DNA of 64,000 nt from an uncultured Desulfobacterales bacterium (GCA_964446485.1 CAYUOU010000003.1:1730-65729); one strand, 5' to 3'; positions 45,090-54,942 are shown, counted from the first letter of the stretch. Notes: generated by a model from the sequence alone, not told the origin. Program-made: numbers and translations.

Positions 45090-45341
45090 CGTATGCGGGT
45101 TTCCGTTCCTCTCTCCTGAGCCCGATTATCATGCCTTCCGGCGGAGGCGTCACCGTGCCGATGTCGGGCCGGTTCCAGCGCCGTGTGGGGTCCCTATACG
45201 CTCGCCCGGCGCCGCCGTTCATGTTCATCCCACTGTGCTTCGGGCGAACATGATCACCCCATCAATGCTCGAGCCTCCTAATATCAGGAAACCGCGACGG
45301 CGGTAAACTCCATTGTCCATCCACACCGTCTGACATAACAT

Positions 45342-45370
45342 TTGACAGTCCACTTGGATTTATTTATCTT
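45342..45370 (+). promoter_or_regulatory. Putative sigma70-type promoter of panC
   Basis: TTGACA (45342-45347), a 17-nt spacer, then TATCTT (45365-45370). It lies about 40 nt upstream of the panC ATG. Confidence 0.4.
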
Positions 45371-45409
45371 CCTCGGTTCAGATAACGTCTTACAGGTAGT
45401 GCCAGCGTT

Positions 45410-46261
45410 ATGGATATCATTCGCGACACGAGAGAGATGCAGCATCGGGCCATTGGGCTCAAACGCTCAGGGCGGCGCATCGGCTTTGTTCCCACCATGG
45501 GCTTTCTTCATGAAGGGCATTTGTCGTTGATGCGCGAGGCGGGACGGCACGCCGACGTTCTCGTGGTGAGTATTTTCGTCAACCCCACCCAATTCGGACC
45601 CAATGAGGATTTGGAGGCCTACCCCCGTGATGCTCGGCGAGATGAGCAATTGTGCCGAGACACCGGGGTGGATGTGCTGTTTTTTCCCGGCGTGGCGGAC
45701 ATGTATCCCACCGGGTTTCAGACTACCGTGAGCCTGAAGCACCTGCCGGGTGGGTTGTGTGGGCGTTCCCGGCCAATCCATTTCAACGGTGTGGCTACAG
45801 TGGTGGCGAAATTATTTAACATTGTCCAGCCCGATGTGGCCGTGTTCGGAGAAAAGGACTATCAGCAGTTGGCCGTGATCCGTCGCCTGGTGGCCGACCT
45901 CGATTTTCCCATCCGGATTATCGGCGGTCCCACGGTCAGGGAACCGGATGGGCTGGCCATGAGTTCTCGAAATGCCTATCTTGATCCGCATGAGCGTGAT
46001 GCGGCGCTCAGTCTGAGCAAGGCGCTCGCTCATGCGCAGGATCAGGTCGCTGCCGGCGCGACGCAGTGCAGTGACATCTGTCGAGCGGCGGCTGCCGCCA
46101 TTTCGGCTTACGAAGCCGCGGAAATCGACTATGTCGACATCGTGGACCCGGATTCCCTCGAACCCCTGGAGACCCTTGCCGGCAGTGCCCGTATGGTTGT
46201 GGCGGTTCGGGTGGGAAAGACGCGGTTGATCGACAACATGGCTTTGGTAACGGATCATTGA
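45410..46261 (+). CDS. panC: Pantoate--beta-alanine ligase
   Basis: Carries GFVPTMGFLHEGHLSLM and VSIFVNPTQF. Confidence 0.9.
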   Translation: MDIIRDTREMQHRAIGLKRSGRRIGFVPTMGFLHEGHLSLMREAGRHADVLVVSIFVNPTQFGPNEDLEAYPRDARRDEQLCRDTGVDVLFFPGVADMYPTGFQTTVSLKHLPGGLCGRSRPIHFNGVATVVAKLFNIVQPDVAVFGEKDYQQLAVIRRLVADLDFPIRIIGGPTVREPDGLAMSSRNAYLDPHERDAALSLSKALAHAQDQVAAGATQCSDICRAAAAAISAYEAAEIDYVDIVDPDSLEPLETLAGSARMVVAVRVGKTRLIDNMALVTDH

Positions 46262-46381
46262 GGTACCGATGGCCCCACGGGCCTCACCGGCACCTCGGCA
46301 ACTGGAGCGATTCGTTTGCAGGAAATCTCGTATCGGCCGGCCGGCATGCCGGTTGCGCAAACCATTGAAGGAGACGCCTCA

Positions 46382-47551
46382 ATGAGCAAAGACAACCACC
46401 TATTCACATCCGAATCGGTCACCGAGGGACATCCGGACAAAGTCGCCGACGCCATCTCTGACGCCGTTCTGGACGCCATCATGGCCCAGGACACGCAATG
46501 CCGCGTCGCCTGCGAGACATTGGTCACCACCGGTCTGGCTTTCATTGCCGGTGAAATTACCACCAACTGCTATGTCCATATGCCGACCATCGTTCGGGAC
46601 ACCATTCGTGAGATCGGCTATTCGTCATCCCAGATGGGGTTTGACTGGCAGACCTGCTCGGTCATCACCAGCATCGACCAGCAGTCCCCCGATATCGCCC
46701 AGGGCGTAAACGAAGGCGAGGGCCTTTACAAGGAGCAGGGCGCCGGCGACCAGGGGCTGATGTTCGGCTTTGCCTCCGACGAGACCCCGGAGTTGATGCC
46801 CATGCCCATCATGTTCGCCCACAAACTCACCCGCCGGCTGTCCCAGGTTCGCAAAAACGGGGCCCTGGATTTTCTTCGCCCCGACGGAAAATCCCAGGTC
46901 ACCATCGAATACGAAAACGGCACCCCCCGGCGTGTGGACGCCATCGTGGTCTCCACCCAGCACAAGCCCGACGTCACCTACGAGGACCTCCGTGCGGCGG
47001 TCATCGATGAAGTCATCAAAAAGGTGATTCCCCAAGAAATGGTGGACGGGGACACCAAGTACTATATCAATCCCACCGGCCGGTTCGTCGTGGGCGGCCC
47101 TATGGGGGACTGCGGCCTCACGGGCAGGAAGATCATCGTTGACACCTATGGCGGGCAGGGAAGCCACGGGGGGGGGTGCTTTTCCGGCAAGGATCCCTCC
47201 AAGGTCGATCGCAGCGCGTCGTATATGGGCCGTCACATTGCCAAAAATATCGTTGCCGCCGGCCTCGCCAAAAAATGTGAGGTCCAGATTGCCTACGCCA
47301 TCGGTGTGGCCCAACCGGTATCGGTCATGGTGGACCCCATGGGAACCGGCGTGGTGCCCAAAAGTCGCCTGGAGGAATTGGTTCGTGAAGTCTTTGATCT
47401 GCGCCCTGCCGCCATCATCGATTACCTGGACCTCAAGCGGCCGATCTATAAAAAAACATCCTCCTACGGGCATTTTGGCCGTACTGAGCCAGAGTTCTCC
47501 TGGGAGCTTACCAACCAAGCGGAACGACTGAAAGACTTGGCCGGGATCTGA
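46382..47551 (+). CDS. metK: S-adenosylmethionine synthase
   Basis: Carries [24 protein letters not shown] and [16 protein letters not shown] lies upstream. Confidence 0.95.
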   Translation: MSKDNHLFTSESVTEGHPDKVADAISDAVLDAIMAQDTQCRVACETLVTTGLAFIAGEITTNCYVHMPTIVRDTIREIGYSSSQMGFDWQTCSVITSIDQQSPDIAQGVNEGEGLYKEQGAGDQGLMFGFASDETPELMPMPIMFAHKLTRRLSQVRKNGALDFLRPDGKSQVTIEYENGTPRRVDAIVVSTQHKPDVTYEDLRAAVIDEVIKKVIPQEMVDGDTKYYINPTGRFVVGGPMGDCGLTGRKIIVDTYGGQGSHGGGCFSGKDPSKVDRSASYMGRHIAKNIVAAGLAKKCEVQIAYAIGVAQPVSVMVDPMGTGVVPKSRLEELVREVFDLRPAAIIDYLDLKRPIYKKTSSYGHFGRTEPEFSWELTNQAERLKDLAGI

Positions 47552-47623
47552 GACAAACCCACGCCGGCCCTATCGTCACCCAGGCGTACCGCTGCACCCC
47601 TAAACCCACAGGAGTATCGCCCC

Positions 47624-49078
47624 ATGACCATCACGCAAATTAAAGAGATCGCCGGTGCCTTTCACCCCATCGCACCGTTGCTGCCCCATAAAGTCGCCGA
47701 TATCGGTCTTGCCGATTTCGGAAACAAAGAAATGGCCCTCGCGGAAAATGAGATGCCCGGCCTCATGGCCGTTCGCGAAAAGTACGGCGCCGAAAAACCC
47801 CTAACGGGATTGAAAGTCACCGGCAGCCTTCACATGACCATCCAGACGGCCATGCTCATCGAAACCCTCAACATCCTCGGGGCCGATATCCGATGGGCCT
47901 CTTGCAATATTTTTTCCACCCAGGATCATGCCGCTGCGGCCATTGCCAAAAACGGCACCGCCGCCGTGTTTGCCTGGAAGGGGGAAACGCTTCCGGAATA
48001 TTGGTGGTGTACCGAACAGGCACTGCTCTGGCCGGATGGCTCCGGCCCCGATCTCATCGTTGACGATGGCGGCGATGCCACCATGATGGTGCATCAGGGC
48101 GTGGCGGTGGAGCGGGATCCTATCCTTCTCGAACGCAAGTACGACAGTGCTGACATGCAATATCTTATGGAGCGGCTGAAATCCACCTACGAACGGGATC
48201 CTGGATTGTGGACCCGGGTGGCCGCCGGCATCCGAGGGGTGTCCGAAGAAACCACCACGGGCGTCCACCGGCTGTATCAGCTCGCCCGCGACAAGCAATT
48301 GCTTTTTCCGGCCATCAACGTCAACGATTCGGTTACCAAGAGCAAGTTCGACAACCTCTACGGCTGCCGGGAGTCTCTTGCCGACGGCATCAAAAGGGCC
48401 ACCGATGTCATGGTGGCCGGTAAAACCGTTGTCGTTTGCGGATACGGAGACGTGGGCAAGGGGTGTGCGGACGCCATGCGCGGGCTTGGTGCCCGCGTCA
48501 TCGTCACAGAGATCGACCCCATCTGTGCGCTTCAGGCTGCCATGGAAGGCTACGAGGTTAAAACCCTTGAGGCGGTGGCTGCCTTCGGTGACATCTTCGT
48601 CACTGCCACCGGGTGCTACAAGGTGATCACCGGTGCTCACATGGAGATGATGAAAAACGAGGCCATCATCTGCAATATCGGGCATTTCGACAACGAGATC
48701 GACATGGGCTACCTTGAAGCCGGAGTGGCTTGCCACAAGGAGAATATCAAACCCCAGGTGGACAAGTGGACGCTGTCTTCCGGACGATCGGTCATCATCC
48801 TGGCCGAGGGCCGCTTGGTGAACTTGGGCTGTGCCACCGGACACCCAAGCTTTGTCATGAGCAACAGTTTCACCAACCAGTGCCTGGCCCAGATCAAGCT
48901 GGCCACCGAGGCACTGGCGCCGGATGTTTACACGCTGCCGAAGGAACTCGACGAGGAAGTGGCCCGTCTCCATCTGGATCGGCTGGGGGTGTCGCTCACC
49001 GTGCTGTCACAGGAGCAGGCGGATTATCTCGGGGTGCCGGTGAGAGGACCGTATAAGCCGGATCATTACCGCTACTAA
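47624..49078 (+). CDS. ahcY: Adenosylhomocysteinase
   Basis: Carries [25 protein letters not shown], the NAD site [10 protein letters not shown] and the C-terminal PYKPDHYRY. Confidence 0.95.
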   Translation: MTITQIKEIAGAFHPIAPLLPHKVADIGLADFGNKEMALAENEMPGLMAVREKYGAEKPLTGLKVTGSLHMTIQTAMLIETLNILGADIRWASCNIFSTQDHAAAAIAKNGTAAVFAWKGETLPEYWWCTEQALLWPDGSGPDLIVDDGGDATMMVHQGVAVERDPILLERKYDSADMQYLMERLKSTYERDPGLWTRVAAGIRGVSEETTTGVHRLYQLARDKQLLFPAINVNDSVTKSKFDNLYGCRESLADGIKRATDVMVAGKTVVVCGYGDVGKGCADAMRGLGARVIVTEIDPICALQAAMEGYEVKTLEAVAAFGDIFVTATGCYKVITGAHMEMMKNEAIICNIGHFDNEIDMGYLEAGVACHKENIKPQVDKWTLSSGRSVIILAEGRLVNLGCATGHPSFVMSNSFTNQCLAQIKLATEALAPDVYTLPKELDEEVARLHLDRLGVSLTVLSQEQADYLGVPVRGPYKPDHYRY

Positions 49079-49085
49079 CACCACG

Positions 49086-49127
49086 CAGCGGGAGGCGGTG
49101 TTTCATCAGCCCTCCCGCTGTTTTTTT
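49086..49127. terminator. Bidirectional rho-independent terminator between ahcY and the convergent lipoprotein operon
   Basis: CAGCGGGAGG (49086-49095) pairs perfectly with CCTCCCGCTG (49111-49120) and is followed by T7. Confidence 0.75.
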
Positions 49128-50029
49128 CAGGGTTGTGGGTCCAGCACGACCAATACCCGGCACTCTCTGAGAAACGGCAGATTTTTCACCGCACTGCGCA
49201 ATCTGGCGGCATCCGCATTGCTGATGACGAGATCACAGCGGGTCTCACCGACGGCTCTGAGCACCCGCGTCCGCATGGGGTGGGTTCCCACACGGTCCGC
49301 GGCCGACGGGGAATCGGCGATGGCGGTGTACCCGGTCATGCCGGAATGTACGGCAAACTCCCGGCTGACAAATGCGGCACCGTAAACGGTCCGCCCGCCT
49401 TCATCTCTCACGGCGATGGTCATGGCCGCCCTGGCGCCGGTGCTGCGCGCATCCAGCACCCACCCTGTATACGGCTGCTGGTCGGCGACGGCATCGTTGG
49501 TACCGGCCGGCGCCGGCGGGGTCTTGGGTTTAGACAGCGTGGCCATCGCTTGGATGGGCTGCACTTGGCGGATCTCTTCAGGCAAAAGCAGCTGGGCCGG
49601 GCTGCCATACAGCGGCAGCATCAGTTCGATGGACACCGTACCGTCGGAAAGATATTGCTGGTTGGCAACCGGAAGGTTTTGAACGAGCGTTCGGAATTCT
49701 GCAGCGATACGCGGCGTGGCGTCCATGACCTGGCCGATGGTGAGATCGGGTCGGATTCTCACATGGCGCGCAGTGAGCAGCACGCGTTCGTAGGCATCGG
49801 CCCTGGCCCCGTTGAGGACGCGTTCCTGAACGCCGCCGCCGGTATCATCGATGACCAGCGGTGATGACACCCCGATGGCGTGAACGGTGCCACGAGACCA
49901 GTCGATGACACCGCTGTCAACGCGTTCGATGACATGGGGTGTCGGGAACTCCGTGCCGCCCCATGCCGTGCCGCGCGGTGCACCGATGATGAGAATGGCG
50001 ATCACGAGGATCCAGCAGTGGCAGCGCAT
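49127..50029 (-). CDS. Exported LPP20/FlgP-like protein with shared C-terminal domain (paralog of 51289-52443)
   Basis: Signal peptide MRCHCWILVIAILIIGAPRGTAWG. The N-domain carries GVIDWSRGTVHAIGVSSP...ARADAYERVLL. The C-domain carries YTGWVLDAR...DRVGTHPM...DLVISNADA...FLRECRVLVV. An alternative start exists at 50065. Confidence 0.6.
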   Translation of the reverse strand: MRCHCWILVIAILIIGAPRGTAWGGTEFPTPHVIERVDSGVIDWSRGTVHAIGVSSPLVIDDTGGGVQERVLNGARADAYERVLLTARHVRIRPDLTIGQVMDATPRIAAEFRTLVQNLPVANQQYLSDGTVSIELMLPLYGSPAQLLLPEEIRQVQPIQAMATLSKPKTPPAPAGTNDAVADQQPYTGWVLDARSTGARAAMTIAVRDEGGRTVYGAAFVSREFAVHSGMTGYTAIADSPSAADRVGTHPMRTRVLRAVGETRCDLVISNADAARLRSAVKNLPFLRECRVLVVLDPQP

Positions 50030-50167
50030 GCCGCGTATTGGCCCCAGGTCGGGAAGGGTTGTCAATGGGAACTCACCTCATTGGGTCGGTTCGCTGGCAG
50101 GGTGCATAGAAACCGGGACCGGTGAGTCGGCCCATCCTTCGTTGGCAGTACAACCGGCCGGCGGTCC

Positions 50168-51277
50168 CTACTGGGCGGCGCCATGCAAAGACATGTCGAG
50201 TCGGTTGCCGGCAATGGAAACCAATGACAGGTCGAAGTAGCGGTTCTTAAAGTGCGCCATCTGCAGTTCATTGGCCAGATGCGCCGGCCAGCCTTTGTAG
50301 ACCACACCAAGCTCAACCGTCGCTTCCGAAAAGCTCAGCACCTGCACATCCACCACGTTGCTCACATCCGATTTCAAGACCGCCGCCATCTCGACCGCCT
50401 GGGCATGATCCGCCACATTTCGCACCACCAGGTCGATCTGCCGCTGACTGTAGAGCTCCTGCTCCCACAACCGCACCAGCTGGCGCCGAAGATCCTGCCA
50501 CACCGCCGTCACGCACTGGCTGGCACCCTTGTCGAGCACCGCCAATCGATTGGCCCCCGGCAGTGATTTCACCGCCGACGCGGTGGCCAGCACTTCTCCC
50601 GTGCCAGGACGCTCGATGGCCGCCGTCAAGCTCACCTCGTGCAGCGTGAGCGTTATCCCCTGGTAGTCCGTCTGGCTGCTGGAAAGATCCAAGTCCACCA
50701 CCACCTCAAGACCCAGTGTCGGCGTCTTGTCGCCGGTGGCCGCATACACCTGAAACCCCTCCTTGCGCAGTTCGCGGCCCAGGTGCTGCGATACTTTGCG
50801 CGCTGACGGCACCACGTCCGCCGCCGTCCCCGGGGCCACCGTCACCGCCACCCGCGGGTTCTTCTGCCAGTTCAGCACCTTGCGGAACCGGTCCATGTCC
50901 GCCACCAGCGCGCCGATTTCCACCCGCGCCCGCAGCTCCACTTCGTAGGTGCCCAGATCGGTTCTGCCCTCACGCAGGATCTCCATCTCGCGCAGATAGC
51001 CGGTGGCGTGGGTCATCACCTGGTCCCGGGTGACCTCGAAATTCTCCACCACCGTCTGGGAGGTCACCTGGGTGCCCATGGCCTGCTCGATGGCCTGGCG
51101 CTTGGCATCTTCCATGGCTTTCTCGCGAGCAATGGCATCACGCCCCGCCTCGTGGAAACTCACCCCGGTCACCGTCACCGTCTCGGTGGCGTGAAGCGGC
51201 GCTACCGTGACGGCAATGGCCATGATGATCAGACATGAACAAACGGCGGCCCTCCGGGCCCGTGACGGCATTCTCAT
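50168..51277 (-). CDS. Exported FlgT-N/LPP20-like protein
   Basis: Signal peptide ...IIMAIAVTVAPLHA, then VTVTGVSFHEAGRDAIAREKAMEDAKRQAIEQAMGTQVTSQTVVENFEV. An AGGAG SD precedes the start. Confidence 0.55.
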   Translation of the reverse strand: MRMPSRARRAAVCSCLIIMAIAVTVAPLHATETVTVTGVSFHEAGRDAIAREKAMEDAKRQAIEQAMGTQVTSQTVVENFEVTRDQVMTHATGYLREMEILREGRTDLGTYEVELRARVEIGALVADMDRFRKVLNWQKNPRVAVTVAPGTAADVVPSARKVSQHLGRELRKEGFQVYAATGDKTPTLGLEVVVDLDLSSSQTDYQGITLTLHEVSLTAAIERPGTGEVLATASAVKSLPGANRLAVLDKGASQCVTAVWQDLRRQLVRLWEQELYSQRQIDLVVRNVADHAQAVEMAAVLKSDVSNVVDVQVLSFSEATVELGVVYKGWPAHLANELQMAHFKNRYFDLSLVSIAGNRLDMSLHGAAQ

Positions 51278-51288
51278 GGTGGCGTCTC

Positions 51289-52443
51289 CTAGAACACGAC
51301 GGTGATGCGACATTGACCGAGAAAATTTTCCCCACTTGTCGAGATCTCTTTGAGCAGGTCGTAGTCCGGTGCACTGATGACGAGGCTGCGGCCGTCCGGC
51401 CGGGTGCCGATCGCCTTGATGGTCATTGGCAGGGTCCCGACCCGGTCATTTTGCTGAGCCATGGACAGGTCTCGGTAGTATCGGACATATCCCCCGGTGA
51501 CCGCCGCGTCCAAATCGATGTAGTCTCCCGGATAGAGCACGAGGTCCTTGCCGACGATGTCCGGCTTGAGGCAGGGTTTGAAATCAATGCCGCGGGCATC
51601 GATGACCAATCCAGTGAATTTTACTTGCGACAAGGATTTTGTCGGAGCGCGCGCAGTGTCACCGCCGCGCTCCACTGTCTCCAGGCGTCGGTTCATTTCT
51701 TCCAGCTGAACCGCCAGTGAGTTGATGAGTCGTTCCTGGCGCCTCAGCCGGTCATTGATGGTGGCGGCATTCCCATCCATCGCCGCCGTGACAACCCGTG
51801 GTCGGCTGCGTGAGTATTCCGCCCAGGATGCGACAAGGCTGCCAAGCAGATGCACCATTTCCCTGTCTGCGGCACCGGCCCTTTTCAGTCCACCCACCTG
51901 CCGTTCCAGTTCCTGGATACGTCGCTCCAGCTGTTCCAGGCGTTTTTCCAGGCGTTGGGTTGCCGCGGGGTCACCGGCTGCGGCACCCTGTATGGCAGTC
52001 CGAAGCATGAGTGCCCGCAATTCGCCGGTCAGGGGGATGCTCACCCAGGCCTTGGCCGATCCATTGCTGTAGTAGTCCACCTTGTCCACGGTGGAATTGA
52101 CCAGCAGGCCGCTGACCCGGGTCTCGATGGCATCCCTCTTGACCAAGAAGTTTTCGAGCGTTGTGGTAGCATCGATGTGCACGCCTTTCACCACTTCGAG
52201 AAGGTTCCTTTGGGCCACCACGACCGCCGCGCGTTGGGCGAGAAGACGCACCTGCGCCTGGCCGACGTTTCGCGTGACCGGTGCGCCGACACCCACCGCG
52301 GTCAGTTTTTCTTTGACCCAGTCGATGGTGCCGACACCCGAGATGGGTTCAACCGCGGGGTCGTTGCCCAACGCCGTGCCGGCGGTCAGTATCATCAGTA
52401 AAGCCGCCAGTACGGCAACGGGGCGAGATCGACGAACGCTCAT
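51289..52443 (-). CDS. Exported LPP20/FlgP-like protein with central coiled coil and shared C-terminal domain
   Basis: Signal peptide MSVRRSRPVAVLAALLMILTAGTALG. LPP20-like GTIDWVKEKLTAVGVGAP...AQRAAVVVAQRNLLEVV. Heptad-like LEKRLEQLERRIQELERQV. C-domain FTGLVIDAR...DRVGTLPM...SLVISAPDY...FLGQCRITVV. A GGAGG SD precedes the start. Confidence 0.6.
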   Translation of the reverse strand: MSVRRSRPVAVLAALLMILTAGTALGNDPAVEPISGVGTIDWVKEKLTAVGVGAPVTRNVGQAQVRLLAQRAAVVVAQRNLLEVVKGVHIDATTTLENFLVKRDAIETRVSGLLVNSTVDKVDYYSNGSAKAWVSIPLTGELRALMLRTAIQGAAAGDPAATQRLEKRLEQLERRIQELERQVGGLKRAGAADREMVHLLGSLVASWAEYSRSRPRVVTAAMDGNAATINDRLRRQERLINSLAVQLEEMNRRLETVERGGDTARAPTKSLSQVKFTGLVIDARGIDFKPCLKPDIVGKDLVLYPGDYIDLDAAVTGGYVRYYRDLSMAQQNDRVGTLPMTIKAIGTRPDGRSLVISAPDYDLLKEISTSGENFLGQCRITVVF

Positions 52444-52492
52444 AACAGCCTCCACGGTTGGGTGCCGATCATATAACATACCTTTGCCCGGA

Positions 52493-54616
52493 TCAGTGTG
52501 CGGTGCACGCATCGGGGACGTTGGTCAGCACCGGCAGAATGATGATATTTCCCAGAAATCCATCAGCCGCGGGATCCGCGGTTCCCCAGTAGTTTCGGGA
52601 CATGTCCACTTGGATGGGGGCATAGCTTTGGACCTGGAAAGGGTCGTTGTTGATGAATGTATTGCTGCGGAAAATTGGGCTCAAACCAGACCCTTCCAAA
52701 AGAATCGCGCCCTGCCCGTGATTCTCGTTGAAGGTCGTGCACGTGACCACGGGGGCGGCACCCTGTTCTAAGTGCAGCCCGACCTGAGCCGATTGACCGA
52801 TGGTGACGTTTCTAATCGTCGGTGCGCTTGTTTGAACCCGAATCCCGGTAACGGCTTTTTCAATGACCACGTGATAGAGCCCCGATTCTCCAGCGCCGGA
52901 AAACACGATGCCATCCCAGGCGCCCGGGCCGGCGGAGATGCTGGCCGGGGCCAATCGAATCGGGCGCTTACGGCTGCCGTAGGCAACAACCGCGCCGCCG
53001 TCGGCGCGGATTCCTGTGCCGGTGTTGAACTGGAGATGGATCCCGGGGGCGAGGTAGAGGACGCCACCGCTCGAAATGCGAATCGGGGCGGTGACGGTGA
53101 ATGGGCTTTTTTCTGCGCTCAAGAGTGTGGGAACGGATATCTCACCGCCCAAGGACGGTCCCGGCTGAGGTAAGGCGAGAAGCCCTGCGATCGGCAGGGC
53201 CACAGCCCGTGCGGCTTTGGTGAACCCACCCGCATTGCCGGCCCTGTCCACCGCGCGAACCCGGGTATAAAACGTATCGAAATTGTCGACGTCGGGGATC
53301 ACGACGCCCGGCGTCTCACTGGTGAGCAACCGAGTGAAGCCGCTGATGGGCGAAGCGCTGGTCCAGATTTCGTAACTTTGGAGATCGTCGGCATCGCTGG
53401 GTTGCCACTGGAGCTGAACCTTTCCGTCCAGCGGGGTTGCCGACAACGAGGTGACCGGCTCCGGCGGCAGACTGTCGATATCCACCAGATGCGCTGCATC
53501 GATGGCCTGAGCCTGCATGCCGTCACTGTTGACGAGGTAGGCGCGTGCGCTGAGCCCGTACGCCTGCTCATCGGGGGCCACCGGGTAACTGCCTTCGTAA
53601 ATTTCACGGTTTTCGAGTTCCAGTGATATCCCAGCCAGCATTTTCGGCGTCAGCTCCTGGCCCGATTCAGCGGCGGCGTTTTGGAGGGCCATGAGGACGT
53701 CGTTGCGGATCTCTGCCTTTCGCCGGGCGGTCACGGGGCCGAGGGGGATGCCGCTTTTGAAGTCACCCAGGTCGACAACGGCCTGGCAGCCGGCGTCCCC
53801 AACGACGCGGAATACGGCTTTTTTCCCTAAGGTCAGGGGCTTATCCGCATTGACGGCGACAAACATGTCGATGCGTGGTGCCGCGGAAAGGGCGATGCGG
53901 GTCGATGCCGGCAAGTCAATGGTGGAAACGATCTCGCGAAAGAGATCGTCGGTCTGGCTGAGCATTTCATCCTGTTTCAGATTCCAAATCGACGCCATGG
54001 CGGAAATGACGAGACCCACGGGGGTGGTGGAGATGCCGCCGGCATGGGCGCGCTGAACATGCGTGGCCCGCCACAACAGCCGGCCGCTGTTGAGGTCCCA
54101 GAACTTGACCTCGCAGCCCACGGCAGTCTGCGAATAGATGCCCGCATAGATGCGATCAAAATGGGTCACCGTTCCGGTGAAAACGGCGTCCACGCCCAGA
54201 ATGCTTTTCAATTTGCCCGGATTGTCGGCAATGACAGCCTCCAGCGCCATGGCATCCATGAGGCCCGCGTTGTTGAGGCGCTGATCGGTCAATAGGAGTT
54301 CCAGATCTTTGAAGGGAAGTGCGGCGATGTGTGAGTAGAGCCCCCGCCGCACGATTTCTGCCGGGTTTTCAGAATCATAGCTGATGGAGTAGCTTTTGTC
54401 CTCCAATTGGCTGAATGGCAGCACGGCGATGCTCGCCGGTTTATGCCTCAGAAAATACGCCGTATTCTCATATTCGCCGCTGAATCGTGAGAAGGCTTCG
54501 GAGGACGCCACGACAAGGATGTTCTCGTCGTCTTTGATTACGCTGGCGCACCCGGCCATGGCCACGACCAGAACAATGCACGACAACAGGGCGATGCGGG
54601 GGATGGATATCGTCAT
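52493..54616 (-). CDS. Lipoprotein: DUF799-like N-domain + middle domain + fibronectin-III + right-handed beta-helix
   Basis: Lipobox VAMAGC. DUF799-like SIAVLPF...LGVDAVFTGTV...LNSGRLLWRATH...GGISTTPVGLVISAMASIW. FN3-like LQWQPSDADDLQSYEIW...RVRAVDRAGN. The C-terminus has PbH1-like repeats (VTGIRVQTSAPTIRNVTI..., FRSNTFINN). Confidence 0.6.
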   Translation of the reverse strand: MTISIPRIALLSCIVLVVAMAGCASVIKDDENILVVASSEAFSRFSGEYENTAYFLRHKPASIAVLPFSQLEDKSYSISYDSENPAEIVRRGLYSHIAALPFKDLELLLTDQRLNNAGLMDAMALEAVIADNPGKLKSILGVDAVFTGTVTHFDRIYAGIYSQTAVGCEVKFWDLNSGRLLWRATHVQRAHAGGISTTPVGLVISAMASIWNLKQDEMLSQTDDLFREIVSTIDLPASTRIALSAAPRIDMFVAVNADKPLTLGKKAVFRVVGDAGCQAVVDLGDFKSGIPLGPVTARRKAEIRNDVLMALQNAAAESGQELTPKMLAGISLELENREIYEGSYPVAPDEQAYGLSARAYLVNSDGMQAQAIDAAHLVDIDSLPPEPVTSLSATPLDGKVQLQWQPSDADDLQSYEIWTSASPISGFTRLLTSETPGVVIPDVDNFDTFYTRVRAVDRAGNAGGFTKAARAVALPIAGLLALPQPGPSLGGEISVPTLLSAEKSPFTVTAPIRISSGGVLYLAPGIHLQFNTGTGIRADGGAVVAYGSRKRPIRLAPASISAGPGAWDGIVFSGAGESGLYHVVIEKAVTGIRVQTSAPTIRNVTIGQSAQVGLHLEQGAAPVVTCTTFNENHGQGAILLEGSGLSPIFRSNTFINNDPFQVQSYAPIQVDMSRNYWGTADPAADGFLGNIIILPVLTNVPDACTAH

Positions 54617-54746
54617 GAGGGCTGCTCCGCTATTGGGTTAACCGGCGGATCCGGCTGGCGCGGGCATGGCGGCTGGCGCCTGCTTCGGGTACACGGGCGC
54701 CAAGCCCATCGCCATCTGTGTGTTCGTCCGAGCGCATCCGTCAGGC

Positions 54747-54775
54747 CAGTAAAATATAAAGCCTGTTCTTTGTCA
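54747..54775 (-). promoter_or_regulatory. Putative sigma70-type promoter of the exported-protein operon
   Basis: On the minus strand: TTGACA (54775-54770), a 17-nt spacer, then TTTACT (54752-54747). It lies about 130 nt upstream of ATG 54616. Confidence 0.3.
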
Positions 54776-54912
54776 ACGCCGGCTATATCCCTGCAGCACG
54801 CCCGGTGGCGGCAAAATGCCTGCCCATACCAAACCTCGCCCTTGGGGCGCTGGCCGTCAATTCCGAGGGAAAAAATTTTCGGGGGCGATGCCGCCGCCTG
54901 TGGGGATAGTGG

Positions 54913-54942
54913 TTGACCGGCCTGTCTGGAATTATCTATAAC
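54913..54942 (+). promoter_or_regulatory. Putative sigma70-type promoter of the Mla-like operon
   Basis: TTGACC (54913-54918), an 18-nt spacer, then TATAAC (54937-54942). Confidence 0.4.

Noticed and set aside
46262-46381. Possible SAM riboswitch upstream of metK, and an SAH riboswitch in 47552-47623 upstream of ahcY
   Set aside because: A GGCCGGCCGGCATGCCGG palindrome is present upstream of metK. I could not match the conserved cores of SAM-I/II/V or of the SAH element by eye. Rfam cmsearch would be needed before making any claim.
47801-48973. 390-aa minus-strand ORF
   Set aside because: It is antisense to ahcY, one of the most conserved proteins in the window.
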